Positions 51,156-63,159 of a stretch of DNA of 64,000 nt are shown piece by piece. A program made the translations under genes and the position numbers. Numbering within the stretch: the stretch's first letter is position 1; every line of letters begins with the position of its first letter. The notes under the pieces are model-generated. The model was not told the DNA's origin. It did not search any database and saw only the letters and a program-made list of their open reading frames with translations. The stretch comes from Octopus bimaculoides (Eukaryota): positions 11,723,080 to 11,787,079 of the forward strand of contig NC_068982.1 of NCBI RefSeq assembly GCF_001194135.2, written 5' to 3'.

Positions 51156-52500
51156 AGGTGGTGAGCTGGTAGAATTATTAGTGTGCCAGTCAAAATGCTT
51201 AGCGGCATTTCATCTGTCATTACATTCTGAGTTCAAATCCTGCTGAGCTTGACTTTGCCTTCCATCCTTTCAGGGTTGATAAAATAAATACCAGTTGAAC
51301 ACTGAGGGCAATGTAATCAACTTGTCCTCCTTCTAAGTTACTGGCCTTGTACCAAAATTTTAAACCAATATTAAGTCTTAGTATATTCTATGATCCTGTT
51401 CTGAGTTCAAATTCTGCTGAGCTTGACTTTGCCTTTCATCCTTTCAGGGTCAATAAAATAAGTACCAGTTATACACTGAGGTTGATGTAATTGTCTTGTG
51501 CCATCCCTCCAATTTGCTGGCCTTGTGCCAAAATTTGGAACCATTTTCTGTGGTGCTTGTGAGAAATAATGCACAGCAAACTGCAAAAGATGAGTTGAGA
51601 GTAAAGCCTGGTTTTTATATTCTCTAGTAACTTTTGATTTTTTAAAGCTTTTAATGCTTCCCCCCCCCCCAAAAAAAAAGCATGGAAGTGCCAAGCTCTT
51701 GCTCTGTGATCTAAAACATGTTTGGATTTTGTGTGCTTTGTAATTATATAAATCATAAGTTAAAACAAAGTAGCATTTTTTGTTTGTTTTCATTATTCTA
51801 TGATTTAAGGTTTACAAACAACAATCAGTGTAATCAAATGGAAGAACTTTTAATATTAGTGATTTAATAAGGCGACTAGCTGGCAGAATCGTTAGCATAC
51901 CGGGTGAAATGCTTAGTGGTATTTCATCTGTCTTTACATTCTGAGTTCAAATTCCACTGAGGTCAACTTTGCCGTTCGTCCTTCTGTGGTTGATAAAATA
52001 AGTACCAGTTGAGTATTGGGGTCGATTTAATTGAGTTGGCTCTTCCCCCNNNNNNNNNNGGTCCTTGTGCCTAGAGTAGAAAAGATCATTAGCACACCGG
52101 GCAAAATGCTTAGCAGTGTTTTGTCTGTCTTTATGTTCTGAGTTCAAATTCCACTGAGGTCAACTTTGCCGTTCGTCCTTCTGTGGTTGATAAAATAAGT
52201 ACCAGTTGAGTATTGGGGTCGATTTAATTGAGTTGGCTCTTCCCCCAAAATTGCTAGTTTTGTACCAGAATTTGAAATCAATATTAGTGATTTAGTAGAA
52301 ATGGTAGAGTAACAGGCTGGAATAAATACCTTACTACAACACTTAAATTTATCCCTCTGTGCTCTGGTTTCAAATCCTGCCAAACTTATCTTGGCATTTC
52401 ATTTCTCTAGAGTCAAGACAAGGAGTGTCTGTAAAATGCTAGAATCAATTTCTATCAACCATTCCTATCTCCTACAAAAGTTAGCCATTGTGCCAAGGGA
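51156..52500 (+). mobile_element. stack of about 5 same-orientation SINE family C copies
   Basis: Copies at about 51156, 51390, 51869, 52088 and 52290 share gagttcaaat...ctttgcc...gataaaataagtaccagtt (the last copy is old and degenerate). Confidence 0.75.
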
Positions 52501-53637
52501 AATAAAGAAATAGATATTAGAGATTTATAACATCATTAGTAATATATGTCTCTCAGTGAGTTATGTCATTAGATAATGTTTCTAACTTAAACTCGATATT
52601 TTCTCATTGATAAACGAGTCATAATTTATGATGATACAAATTATAATAATTGTTTTTGTTGTAATAAAAACAGAAAACATACAAAACTGTTTTTTTTTTA
52701 CCTTTGCAAATATAATATTAATTAGAACTATATGCATATGCATTTATCATAGAAAACCACTATTAAAATACAAAGAAAATGATTAATGCAAGTTTCATTT
52801 TTAATATGGTTTCTTTTTTTTTTTGCTTTCTTCCCAGTATTTTCTTTGTAGAGCTCCTTTTCATATGACAGCTGAAATTTCTAAACTAACATATGAAATT
52901 CTGTATTTTGATTTGTAGTTGTGGGTTTGATAACATTGTATCATTTTCCTATATGGTCACCACATTTTTTGTAATCTTTAATTTTATTTAGCTTATAGCA
53001 GCATAGTTTTATCTTTCAATCAATATTTGACACTCTTAATCCTAGTTGTCGTTTTCACTGCTTTAGATTCATTTTTCTATGCTAGAATTTGTGCTCTTGT
53101 AAAAATCTAATTAGGAAATTTGCATACCGTTGGACAATTGATTGTACAGCTCGACATATATGAGGCTTGTATTCATAACTATATGAATGAACATGAACAG
53201 TCGTCAAGCAGCTATAACACAGTAACATGATGTCCCATTCTGTTTTTTATTTGAAATCAGTCAATATATTATGAATTCAGTCAATCCTATTATTTTCATG
53301 TCTTTCCTGATATGAAACCTATTTACTTTATAGTGTTAGGTTATAATATTTCTCAAGAATATTTTCCACAAGCTGTTTCATTATTGTTAAGAGCAAAAAT
53401 ATATAAGAATTTCCTCTAATTTCAGATTGACATTTATTCTGTGTAATTATCATTGAGTAAATTTTCTAAATAAATAGAATTTATTTATAGTCTTGTCTTG
53501 TTGTTATTGTTGTTATTTAACCCTAGGTCTAATCAAACAGACCTATAATGAAATGCATTCCAGTGCTGAGACCATCCTGTCTTTTTCCTATGTAGTGCAT
53601 CTATAGCCACGTTATCTGATGTTTCCTTGTTTTCTAA

Positions 53638-53914
53638 GCGGGATAAGTGGCAGAAAGGTCTGTGATGCTGTTAGATGTCCAGAGCCACATGCACACTACA
53701 CTGTGGGTGCATCTCCCTACCAGCCCGAGAGAGCCGGGAAAACTTTGAACCACCTCCTGTGATAGGGATCGGGGCCTGGAACTAAACGTACGAATGAGGA
53801 TTTCCTGATAGGTACAGGCCGTTAATTCACGTTGATTGATCACATCCCTGCTCTTTGCACACACTGCCCATCGCTATTACTGATCAAATAATTTAGTGGG
53901 GTCTTTACATCTGG
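53638..53914 (+). pseudogene. dispersed 18S rRNA fragment (3' region), CpG-decayed; may extend to about 54065
   Basis: aggtctgtgatgc..ttagatgtcc..gccacatgcacactacactg and atccctgctctttgcacacactgcccatcgctattactgat match universal SSU motifs (CAGGTCTGTGATGCCCTTAGATG; TTTGTACACACCGCCCGTCGCTAC). Confidence 0.9.
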
Positions 53915-54257
53915 TTGAGTCCACTTATGTGTGCTGTCATTAACACGTTCTCTGATGCCATGAAAAACGGTGAGAGGATTGGTTGCTATTTCAGACATGG
54001 CGAGCAACTTTTGAGAGACTCCTTGGTGCAGGATTTTAGATTGAAGTTGTTACTGATCATTGAATTTATGAATTCTGCCATCAGGTCCATGAATTTTATG
54101 TTGTGCATATTTATTGACCATACTGGTTCAGGGAATACACTTAACAAAGTTGCTTAATAATTGTGGTGTTCATGACCGTAAGATTGTGGGTTTTGTTCCT
54201 GGACTCTGCAGAGTGTTGTTTCCTTGAGCAAAATATTTTATTTCTCATTGCTTCAAT

Positions 54258-54556
54258 GTTCATCATCATCATCATTTAACGTCTGTTGTCCATTCTGGCA
54301 TGGGTTGGATGGCTTAACTGGGTTGACAGGCTGGAAAGGCTGCACCAAACTCCAGTCTGCTTTGGCCTGGTTTTCTACAGCTGGATACCCTTCGTAACAC
54401 CAACCACTCCAAGAGTGTAATGGGTGCTTTGATATGCCACCAGCATGGGTGCCATTCACATGACACCAGGGCGCATTTACGTGCCAATTTGTGTAATACT
54501 GGTATCTGCCACAACTGCGATTTTGCTCGGCTTGATGGGTCTTTTTCTCAAGCACG
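54258..54556 (-). mobile_element. RTE-LINE 3' end (family B)
   Basis: (atc)n tail and family body. Confidence 0.75.
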
Positions 54557-54871
54557 TCAACTGAAATTGGCTACCAGCCATAGCTGGTGACTAATCTTGC
54601 ATCAGACTGGCTGGCCTCTGTCTAGCAGGACCCTTTAAGAGTAGCAACTGTTCCATGTTCTATTTCTAGTATAGAAAGGTTGTCTTGATACCCCTTGTTA
54701 TCACGATAGCCTTTCGCATGATAACTTTTGTGCTACACACACAAAAATTCTAGACCTCATCCCCAAAATGTTTCTGTACTGCAACATGATGCTATCAGGA
54801 TGAATTCCTCTTGATGAGCACACTTACCATCATCATCCTTAATGTGTGTAACCATTCAAACACTCCTTTAA

Positions 54872-55112
54872 CCCATTAGCATTCAGCTTTCTCTGCCAAA
54901 TGCAAGGTTTATTTATTCACATTGTTTTGAATTAATCAGGCATTATCTCATAGCTTTGCAATTTTCATTGTAGCCTTGAGATTCAGAGGATGTGATTGTT
55001 TATTTTTAGAATGACATTGTAGGGTAAGTGTAAGAGGCTGGATCTGCCTGGTTTAAACATAAAATAGGTTGAATATTTGAAGCTGGATATGGCTGGTTTA
55101 AATGGTAAAGGG
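54872..55112 (-). mobile_element. piggyBac-like MITE P1
   Basis: TTAA|CCCATTAGCATT ... AATGGTAAAGGG|TTAA. Confidence 0.75.
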
Positions 55113-55117
55113 TTAAT

Positions 55118-55531
55118 CAGCGCTTGATTAAACATTAAGCGCTTAGGGCATCAAGGGAAGGAGGAGGAGACACAGAAATGGTAAATGGTTTACGGTACAA
55201 AAGAAATCCCTTTAAACTTGCCAAAATAATATTCGAGATGTCTTTATCTCTACTAAGTAAAGATGCAGAAGTGTTACCTAAGATTAATTTTGAGGATCTG
55301 ATCAAAGACTTTGAAATTCAAAAAAGTAGGAGGAAACTTTTTAAATAGAAATAAAGTGAAAGTAGACAAAATATAAACATTATTTTCCCTCTTACTGTTT
55401 TGTTTCATTTTGAAAAATAAAAATTTATTTTATGGTTTGTTATTGTTTATATTTTGAATTACATAATCTTTTATGGGGGCACCAAAATCTTTTAAGTGCT
55501 TGGGGCCTTGATGGGTCTAAATCTGGCCCTG
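55118..55531 (+). mobile_element. internally deleted hAT transposon retaining the transposase C-terminus
   Basis: TIRs cagcgcttgatt / aatctggccctg; TSD gggttaat / aggttaat; manual translation LSLLSKDAEVLPKINFEDLIKDFEIQKSRRKLFK* resembles the hAT dimerisation-domain end. Confidence 0.7.
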
Positions 55532-57354
55532 AGGTTAATGATACTGAAAGTAGAATTAAGCACTAATTTTATAGATGGGCCTAATTAATTTCTCTAAAAC
55601 AAATTAATTGAGAGATGGATGCACCAATAAAGAGTTACACTGTTGACTTCTATGAAAATATATAGTACATCTGAATGTTTGCTACAGCTGAAGAGGAAAT
55701 AACTAGCTTAAAATAATAGCGATAGATGTTAAAATAAATACTGATAAATTATTAATCAAAAATATGTGAAAGGTTTAGATCAATGTTTCTTGAAATTTTT
55801 CTGTGCCATCCACCTTTTCAAGTTCATCATCCTGACTCACTCCCATGTATGATAAAAATGTGGTCTGCTATATATTGTAGTTTACTGCGTAACATTAACA
55901 GCTTGATATTAATTTAACAGTGACGTCCTTACAAACCAACATTTAAGGAGAATAGACTTAGCCAAAGCGTGTGAATCATGATAAAAAATTGTTCAACCTT
56001 AAAGCAATTTCCTTGCTGGAATTCAAAATCCTCTCGCCAATCCTGAAATTTTTCTCCCTGTTTAATAATTGCTGGTCCACATTTATCCGTCCATCTTCTC
56101 TGCCCACTATTCCTGGGCAGGTCATGGAGGAAGGCTCCTCAGAAATATGGTAGTGTTTAAAATGATTTTTATTTGTGAGTAACCTGTATTCTTTAATCAT
56201 CATCATCATCGTCATTGTCATCATCATTTAATGTCTGTTTTTCATGCTGGCATGGGCTGGATGGTTTGACAGGAACTGACCAACCGGGGAGTTGTCCAGA
56301 CTCCAGTTGCCTGTTGTGGCATGGTTTCTACAGCCAGTTGCCTTTCCTAATGCCAACTACTTAACAGAGTGTGCTGGGTGCTCTTAATATTAAAAAAGGC
56401 GGTAGTTAGGGTGGTGAGCTGGCAGAATCGTTAGCAATCTGGGCAAAATGCTTAGCGGCATCGACCACTCTTGCATGGTACTTTTTACGTGCCACTGGCA
56501 TTGGAGCCGCCTGTCTGGTGGCACTGGCATCAACCATGCTTTTTATGTGCCAGTCAGGTGGATTAATTTGAGTTTCTGTAGTATCGACACTCCAACAAAA
56601 TTATAGATGGAGAAAATTCTAGTGGCATGTATGGTTGAGTGTGAATGACAGGATGAAATGTTTAATGATGGGTGTGAAGGATATGATAACAAGAAGAGAT
56701 GTGGGCGTATTAAGTGCACCATGTTCCGAATGGTAATTACAGAATTTATAAAGTAGTTAGTTGCTTAGTTATTATAGCGCTTTTATTAAGTAAAAGCCTT
56801 TACATCTTGATTAAGAAATCTGTGTGATGTAGGATGTCTGTGCATTTAGTTGTAGTAAGATCAGCTCAGTTATGTGATTAATATTCCCATGTTAATTGCA
56901 GTCATGCTTTGTAAAGGGCCTGTAAGTGATCAGAGCTCAAGTTTGGCTTGATTAGAAGTTCCAATTTAGGATGGAGATTTCGTAAAGTTGAAGTCACCAT
57001 GGAAGAGCATCAAAGTTTGCGAGACGTAACATTTGTTATGTTTTTGAAAGATTTTATTGTTTTGTATAAGTGCAGAGAACATGAAGTGCACAAAACCGTT
57101 TCTTTGATGTTATAATTGCATCTTTGCATCAGACTAGGTTGTTGTATCACCATTATAGAACTACCATGAGACGTCTAGTTTATATAATGACAACAGTGTG
57201 TAGAAAATTAAGGTGAAGTTTTCTTCATCATTATGACACTTATCTATATAAGACAAGGCTTTTTGTGTCCCTTTTATTGCCCCTATTCAGTAAGAATGTA
57301 AACTCTTCTGGGTTTGGTCACTATTTTTAGTTTTTATTAATCTGTTCAGATGTT

Positions 57355-57739
57355 ACTCCTCTTTTATATATTTTACTTGTTTCAGTCATTAGACTAGGGC
57401 TCTGCTGGGACACTACCTTGAAGGGGCTTTGTTGAACAAACCAAATTGATCCCAGTACTTATTTTTAACATTTTTCTTTCAGTATTTTTTGTGGAACCTC
57501 TTAGTTATGGGGACATAAACAAACCAACACTGATAGTCAAGTGGTGGTGTGGAGACAAGCACACACACACATACACAATAGGCTTCTTTCAGTTTTCATC
57601 TACCAATTCCATTCAGAGGGCTTTGGTCAACCCAGAGTTATAGTAGAAGGCTCTTGCCTTAGGTACCATGCAGTTGAATTGAACCTTGAGTTATGTGGTT
57701 AGAAAGCAAACTTTTTATCACACAGCCACACCTGCACTT
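57355..57739 (-). mobile_element. SINE family A
   Basis: Family architecture. Confidence 0.75.
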
Positions 57740-57745
57740 ATATCT

Positions 57746-58278
57746 AAAATAAATTGAAAGAAACACAGAGTGTCTCAACAGAAATAGGGTAAAAAAAAGG
57801 GTTAATAAATGATTAATTTAACCCTTTTGTTACCAACCCACCTGAAACCACCTCTGGCTCTGTAGTACAAATGTCTTGTTTTCAAAAGTTCTGAATTAAA
57901 ATCTTCCACCAAACCTTAATCACAATTTAAGTTCTTAACACTAGCTGAATGATAACTAAGTTATTTTACTAAATTCTTTGTTATATTTAAAATTAATTGA
58001 AAGAAACACAGAACATCTCAACGGAAATATGGTAGCAAAAGGGTTATCAAATGATTAATTTGACCCTTTCGATACCAACCTGTCTGAAACTACCTTTGGC
58101 TCTGTAGTACATATGTCTTGTTTTCAAAAGTTCTGAATTAAAATCCTCCACCAAACCTTAGTCACAATTTATGTTCCTAACACTAGCTTAATGATAACTA
58201 AGTTATTTTACTAAATTCTTTGTTATATTTAAAATTAATTGAAAGAAACACAGAGCATCTCAACAGAAATATGGTAAC
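57746..58278. repeat. tandem array of MITE P2 (partial, full and near-full copy), period 242 bp
   Basis: Units start at 57822 and 58064, each preceded by the same spacer aaatgattaatt; reverse complement of 29761-29981. Confidence 0.85.
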
Positions 58279-58998
58279 TATGTAAACCCAGAGAAAATAA
58301 ATGAGTTCAATATTTCCACTGTAAATAAATCTTAACCATGAACGGAGAGTTTTGAAACTGAAAGTAAATGTGAAATTTCAATGTGATTGTAGATGCACAA
58401 TGCACTAAAAAAGCTTCATTAAAATCATAAGGTAACATAAATTAAAACCAGCTGCTGCGAGGTGTAACCAACGTGATTTCAACTTGAATCATTTCTTTGA
58501 AGCAGCTCAATTTCTGGGAATATTCTGCTGGATTGATGTCTTTTTTTAGGAATGTGGACTGCCATGACCTCACTTCATTGTTACACATCAATTACTGTCT
58601 GTAATTGCGTGTAACACTTCCTGTTTGACATGTGTATAAAGAAATAGGTTGCAGGTTTACTTATAGGCTTGTATTTATCCAGGTTATTAGTGATTCTGAA
58701 TATGAATAAGATCAAATTCCAAATACTTAGTTGTGCCACTCCCATTCCTGCTCTGGAAGATATGTGGTCGATGTTCTCATAGCAGTATGAAAAGCAGTAT
58801 GAAATACCTTAAAAATTTTATAGTACAGAAATACGTTAGTTTCAGGTTCAAACATCCACCTGAGTCAGGGCTCTTTGATTTTCAGCTGAAAAACAAAACC
58901 AATTTATTCATTAATATCTGCTCAATTCAAACCAACCTTGCTGCTTTGTGTGGAATCTTTGTATATGAACCAAGCAAATTGTATTGAAAATATATCTT

Positions 58999-59348
58999 GT
59001 CATCATCATCATCATCATCGTTTAACGTCCGCTTTCCATGCTAGCATGGGTTGGACGATTTGACTGAGGACTGGTGAAACCGGATGGCAACACCAGGCTC
59101 CAATCTAATTTGGCAGAGTTTCTACAGCTGGATGCTCTTCCTAACACCAACCACTCCGAGAGTGTAGTGGGTGCTTTTACGTGCCACCGGCACAAAGGCC
59201 AGTCAGGCGGTACTGGCAATGGCCATGCTCAAAATGGTGTATTTTATGTGCCACCCGCACAAGAGCCAATCCAGGGGCACTGGCAACGATCTCGCTTGAA
59301 AATCCTACGAAACCCAGTCAGGCGGTACTGGCAATGGCCACGCTCAAA
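58999..59348 (-). mobile_element. RTE-LINE 3' end (family B), young
   Basis: Near-identical tail to 1054, 3378 and 17487; retains CpGs. Confidence 0.8.
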
Positions 59349-60126
59349 CTCAAACTTGTGAAGTAGAAAATGAGATCAAGGATATAGAAATATTCCTAAC
59401 AAGAAGTAAATACCCTGTATTTGAACATGGAGCCAAAAAAACAGGGTTGGGAGAAAGGAACGAGAAGGCATGCTGCTTGAGGATACCCCACTAAAGTGAA
59501 TCTGCCTGCAGTGAGGTGACCGGATACACTAAGAACTGAATATGCATCTCTTCTTGGAAGTCATTTCTAAGCTGCTTCTTGTCCAAGAGTCAAAGAAACT
59601 CTAACCCTAGCAAATTATACACACTGGCAAATTGCCCATCTAGAAATGCTGACAAATACTTTTGTTCCTTCACAGTATAGTCAATCAAATAGAAAGAATT
59701 TTAACAAATTACACCATAGGTAGCACTATCTAGCCATTAGATATATTTATTAGAAAGCCCATAAATATGGTAGTCTTGATTGGTAAAAGACATTTTGACA
59801 GCAACCTAAGTACAATAGTTATTGCTAACAAGACCATTGAGAGAAACAATAATTTGTGTATTAAAGAAGAATGTTTATTAGTTGTCTGCAACCAAAGCTC
59901 AAGAATTGTTATGAACTCAGTTACTAACACCTTATAAGTGGTACTTTGAATATTCCAGCTCACACATCTTTGCCTTACTCTGTGCAGTGCAGAAATGGTT
60001 GTGGTGTTGTTTATAGTTTATTTGTCATTTCAAATTTTGTCGGTTCATAATATTGACTTGTTAAAACCAAAATATATATTACATTTAATACATTTATTTC
60101 TCTCTAAATTTGTATTGTTGTTTTTA

Positions 60127-60142
60127 TTATTATTATTATTAT

Positions 60143-60200
<58 letters not shown>
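60127..60200. repeat. (TAT)n(TAG)n microsatellite
   Basis: Direct read. Confidence 0.95.
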
Positions 60201-60201
<1 letters not shown>

Positions 60202-60425
60202 AGGCAGCAAGCTGGCAGAAATGTTAGCATGCTGGATGAAATGCTTAGCTGTATTTTGCCTGTCGCTAATTTCTGAGTCAAATTCTGCCAAGGTCGACTT
60301 TGCCTTTCATCCTTTCAGGGTTGATAAATTAAGTACTAGTTGAATACTGGGGTCGATGTAATTGACTCTCCCTGCTCCCCCAAATTTCAGGCCTTGTGCT
60401 TATAGTAAAAAGGATTATTATTATT
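60201..60425 (+). mobile_element. SINE family C
   Basis: aaggcagcaagctggcagaa... through ...aaggattattatt. Confidence 0.8.
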
Positions 60426-60855
60426 AAGTGAGAGAGCAATGCATGCCATCAAAGTGACATTAGGGTACAAATATATGAAATCCAATATGCCCAGTATGAC
60501 TACCCGTCTGATAAGGGTACATCAGGCACATGCATCAAAACCATATGTGTCTGACGGGATGATCTCATATCAAGATGGGGTCCAGTTAGAATTTTCTTCA
60601 AGTTCAGTAGCCTATCCCACTCAAAAGGTCCCCGAATAAGTTTGTTTAAGCATGATGAACGAAACACCCATGTTTCCAAAGGTGAATTATCCAAACCCCA
60701 AAGAATTCCTCTCAACATATGGCTATGATGCTCTCCCACCACTTCTGCTCGTGATCAGAGATGCACATATCGTCAGCCACCAAGGGACATGCTCAACTGG
60801 TTAAGGTCAAACAACTGACAAGCAAATCTGTGATATTAAGCAGAATATTTGCTGT
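60426..60855 (-). mobile_element. unclassified retroposon-like segment ending in an (AAT)n-like tail
   Basis: Balanced composition; minus-strand end gtcactttgatggcatgcattgctctctcactt-aataat; abuts the RTE. Confidence 0.35.
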
Positions 60856-62561
60856 CTCCTCAAGCACAGCAGGTCACCCTACGATCCAAGGTACTTTTGA
60901 ATGGGCTGGGGCTGGTTATGCGAAACTGGTGTAGGATAAAACTGTGAACTCACTTCACTTGACGGGTCTTCAGTCACAGCATATCTCCAGAGGTCTTGGT
61001 CTTTCGTCATTTCCTCTGTGAGGCCCAACGTTTGAAGGTCATGCTTGACCACCTCATCCCTTGTCTTCCTGAGTCTACCTCTACTCCGGATTCCTTCAAC
61101 TGTTTGGGAGTGGCACTTCTTCACGCATCTCTCCTCATCCATCTGTAGTACATAACCATACCAGCGCAAACGTCTCTCTTGCACGCCGCATCCTATGCTT
61201 CTTATGTCCAACATTTCTCTCAGGGCGCTTACACTCTGTTGTGTGTGCACATTGACATTACACATCCAGCTAGCTTCATTTCTTTCGAGCTTACACATGT
61301 CCTCCGCTGTCACGGCCCATATTTCACTGCTGTGAAGCATGGCAGTTCGCACACATACATCGTACAATCTACCTTTCACACTAAGCGAGAGGCCCTTTGT
61401 CACCAGTAGGGGTTGTTGTTGGCACTCCGTTGCTTACGATGTCAAGGGTTCCAGTTGATCCGATCAACGGAATAGCCTGCTCATGAAATTAATGTGCAAG
61501 TGGCTGAGCACTCCACAGATATGTGTACCCTTAGCGTAGTTCTTGGAGATATTCAGCATGACACAGTGTGACAAAGCTGACCCTTTGAATTACAGGCACA
61601 ACAGAAGCAGGAAGTAAGAGTGAGAGAAAGTTGTGGTGAAAGAGTACAGCAGGGTTCACCACCAACCCCTGCCGGAGCCTCGTGGAGCTTTAGGTGTTTT
61701 CGCTCAATAAATACTCACAACGCCCGGTCTGGGAATCGAAACTGCGATCCTATGACCACGAGTCCACTGCCCTAACCACTGGGCTATTGCACCTCCACTA
61801 CCAGTAGCGGTAGAAGCTTTCTAAACTTTTCCCAGACTATTCTTATTCTAGTGGTAACACTCTGAGCATCCACCCCCACTACTAACTTGGTCACCTAGGT
61901 AGCAGAAGCTATCAACTACTTCTAGTTTCTCCCCTTGGAGTTTGATGGAATCTGTTTTCTGAGCATCTGTGGTGTTTCTTGCCCCTGTGCATCTGCCGCA
62001 CACAAAAGCTATCTTCTTGGTTAATCTTCCTTTGATATTGCTGCACCTCTTATGTGTCCATAGCTTAAACTGGGTACATCTTATGGAGTTTCTACCTACA
62101 CCTTTTCTGCAGATCGAGCAGGGCCATCTACCTGAGGGTGTGTGTGATGAGTTTGCCTTCCTACTTACTAGAACTTTGGTCTTTGCTACATTGACTCTAA
62201 GGCCTTTTGATTCTAAACCTTGCTTCCACACCCGAAATTTCTTTTCTAGTTCTGGTAGTGATTCTGCTATGAGGACCAGGTCATCAGCATAGAGGAGCTC
62301 CCAGGGGCAACCCATCTTGAATTCTTCTGTTATTGCCTGGAGGGCTATGATGAATAGAAGGGGACTGAGGGCTGAACCTTGATGGACCCCTACTTCTACC
62401 CAGAATTCTTCATTATACTCATTGCCAATCCTAACTTTACCAACAGCCTCTCTGTATAGGGCCTGTACAGCTCTTATTAACCATTCTTCTATCCCCAGTT
62501 TCCACATTGCCTACCAGATAAGGGATAAGGGGACCTTGTCAAAGGCTTTCTCCAAGTCCAC
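60856..62561 (-). pseudogene. RTE-clade LINE ORF2 (RT and C-terminus), 5'-truncated, with a stop, a frameshift and a SINE insertion
   Basis: VDLEKAFDKVP, GVHQGSALSPLLF, LLYADDLVL, VDSFCYLGD, MLHSSEIW, RLRWYGYV in ORFs 61848-62507 and 60879-61403. Confidence 0.95.
61410..61799 (-). mobile_element. SINE family D inserted in the RTE ORF with an 8-bp TSD
   Basis: TSD accagtag at 61402-61409 and 61800-61807; removing the insert restores LPLLVTKGL. Confidence 0.92.
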
Positions 62562-62633
62562 TGAAAACTCAGGTCAGTGTAATCTACTCATCCTCTCCCC
62601 CAAAATTGCTGCCCTTGTAGCAAAATTTGAAAC

Positions 62634-62635
<2 letters not shown>

Positions 62636-62690
<55 letters not shown>

Positions 62691-62692
62691 TA
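62636..62692. repeat. (ATT)n microsatellite at the tail of a SINE C 3' fragment
   Basis: Direct read. Confidence 0.9.
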
Positions 62693-63159
62693 TTAATTTT
62701 CTTTTTATTATTTGTTTCATTATTAAGGGTTTAAAGTGATCAAAACTCATTAGAATATATATAAAAAAAAAAAAACTTAATGAATGTCACCTCACCTAAT
62801 AAATTTTTTTCTTTTTGGTTCTGCAGTGCATTAAACCAATGTTTGAATCCAATGATAGAGTGGAACTTTTGCTTTTTAGACATCATTTCCTATTAATAAA
62901 TTGATGTGTAATCTAGGCTTGGCCTATGTTTATTTTTGCCTGTCATTTGATACTAGACTTCTGGATATTGGTTCTTTAACCTTGTTGGGATTAAATTTTT
63001 GTAACACGCATATTAAAGTATCATTCTTATAATCTAAAGCCCCTCCTCAAATGGTATCAAATGACTGGCTTGGTTTGTCACAAACTGGTATTTTTATAAA
63101 ATGGATTTGATGAAACAAGGAATTTGCTATTGGTCGAGCTGTTGTTTTGATCTCTTACC

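Noticed and set aside
56600-57230. Possible LINE endonuclease relic (minus-strand HGDFNF motif)
   Set aside because: A single short motif with no other alignable blocks; too decayed to support.
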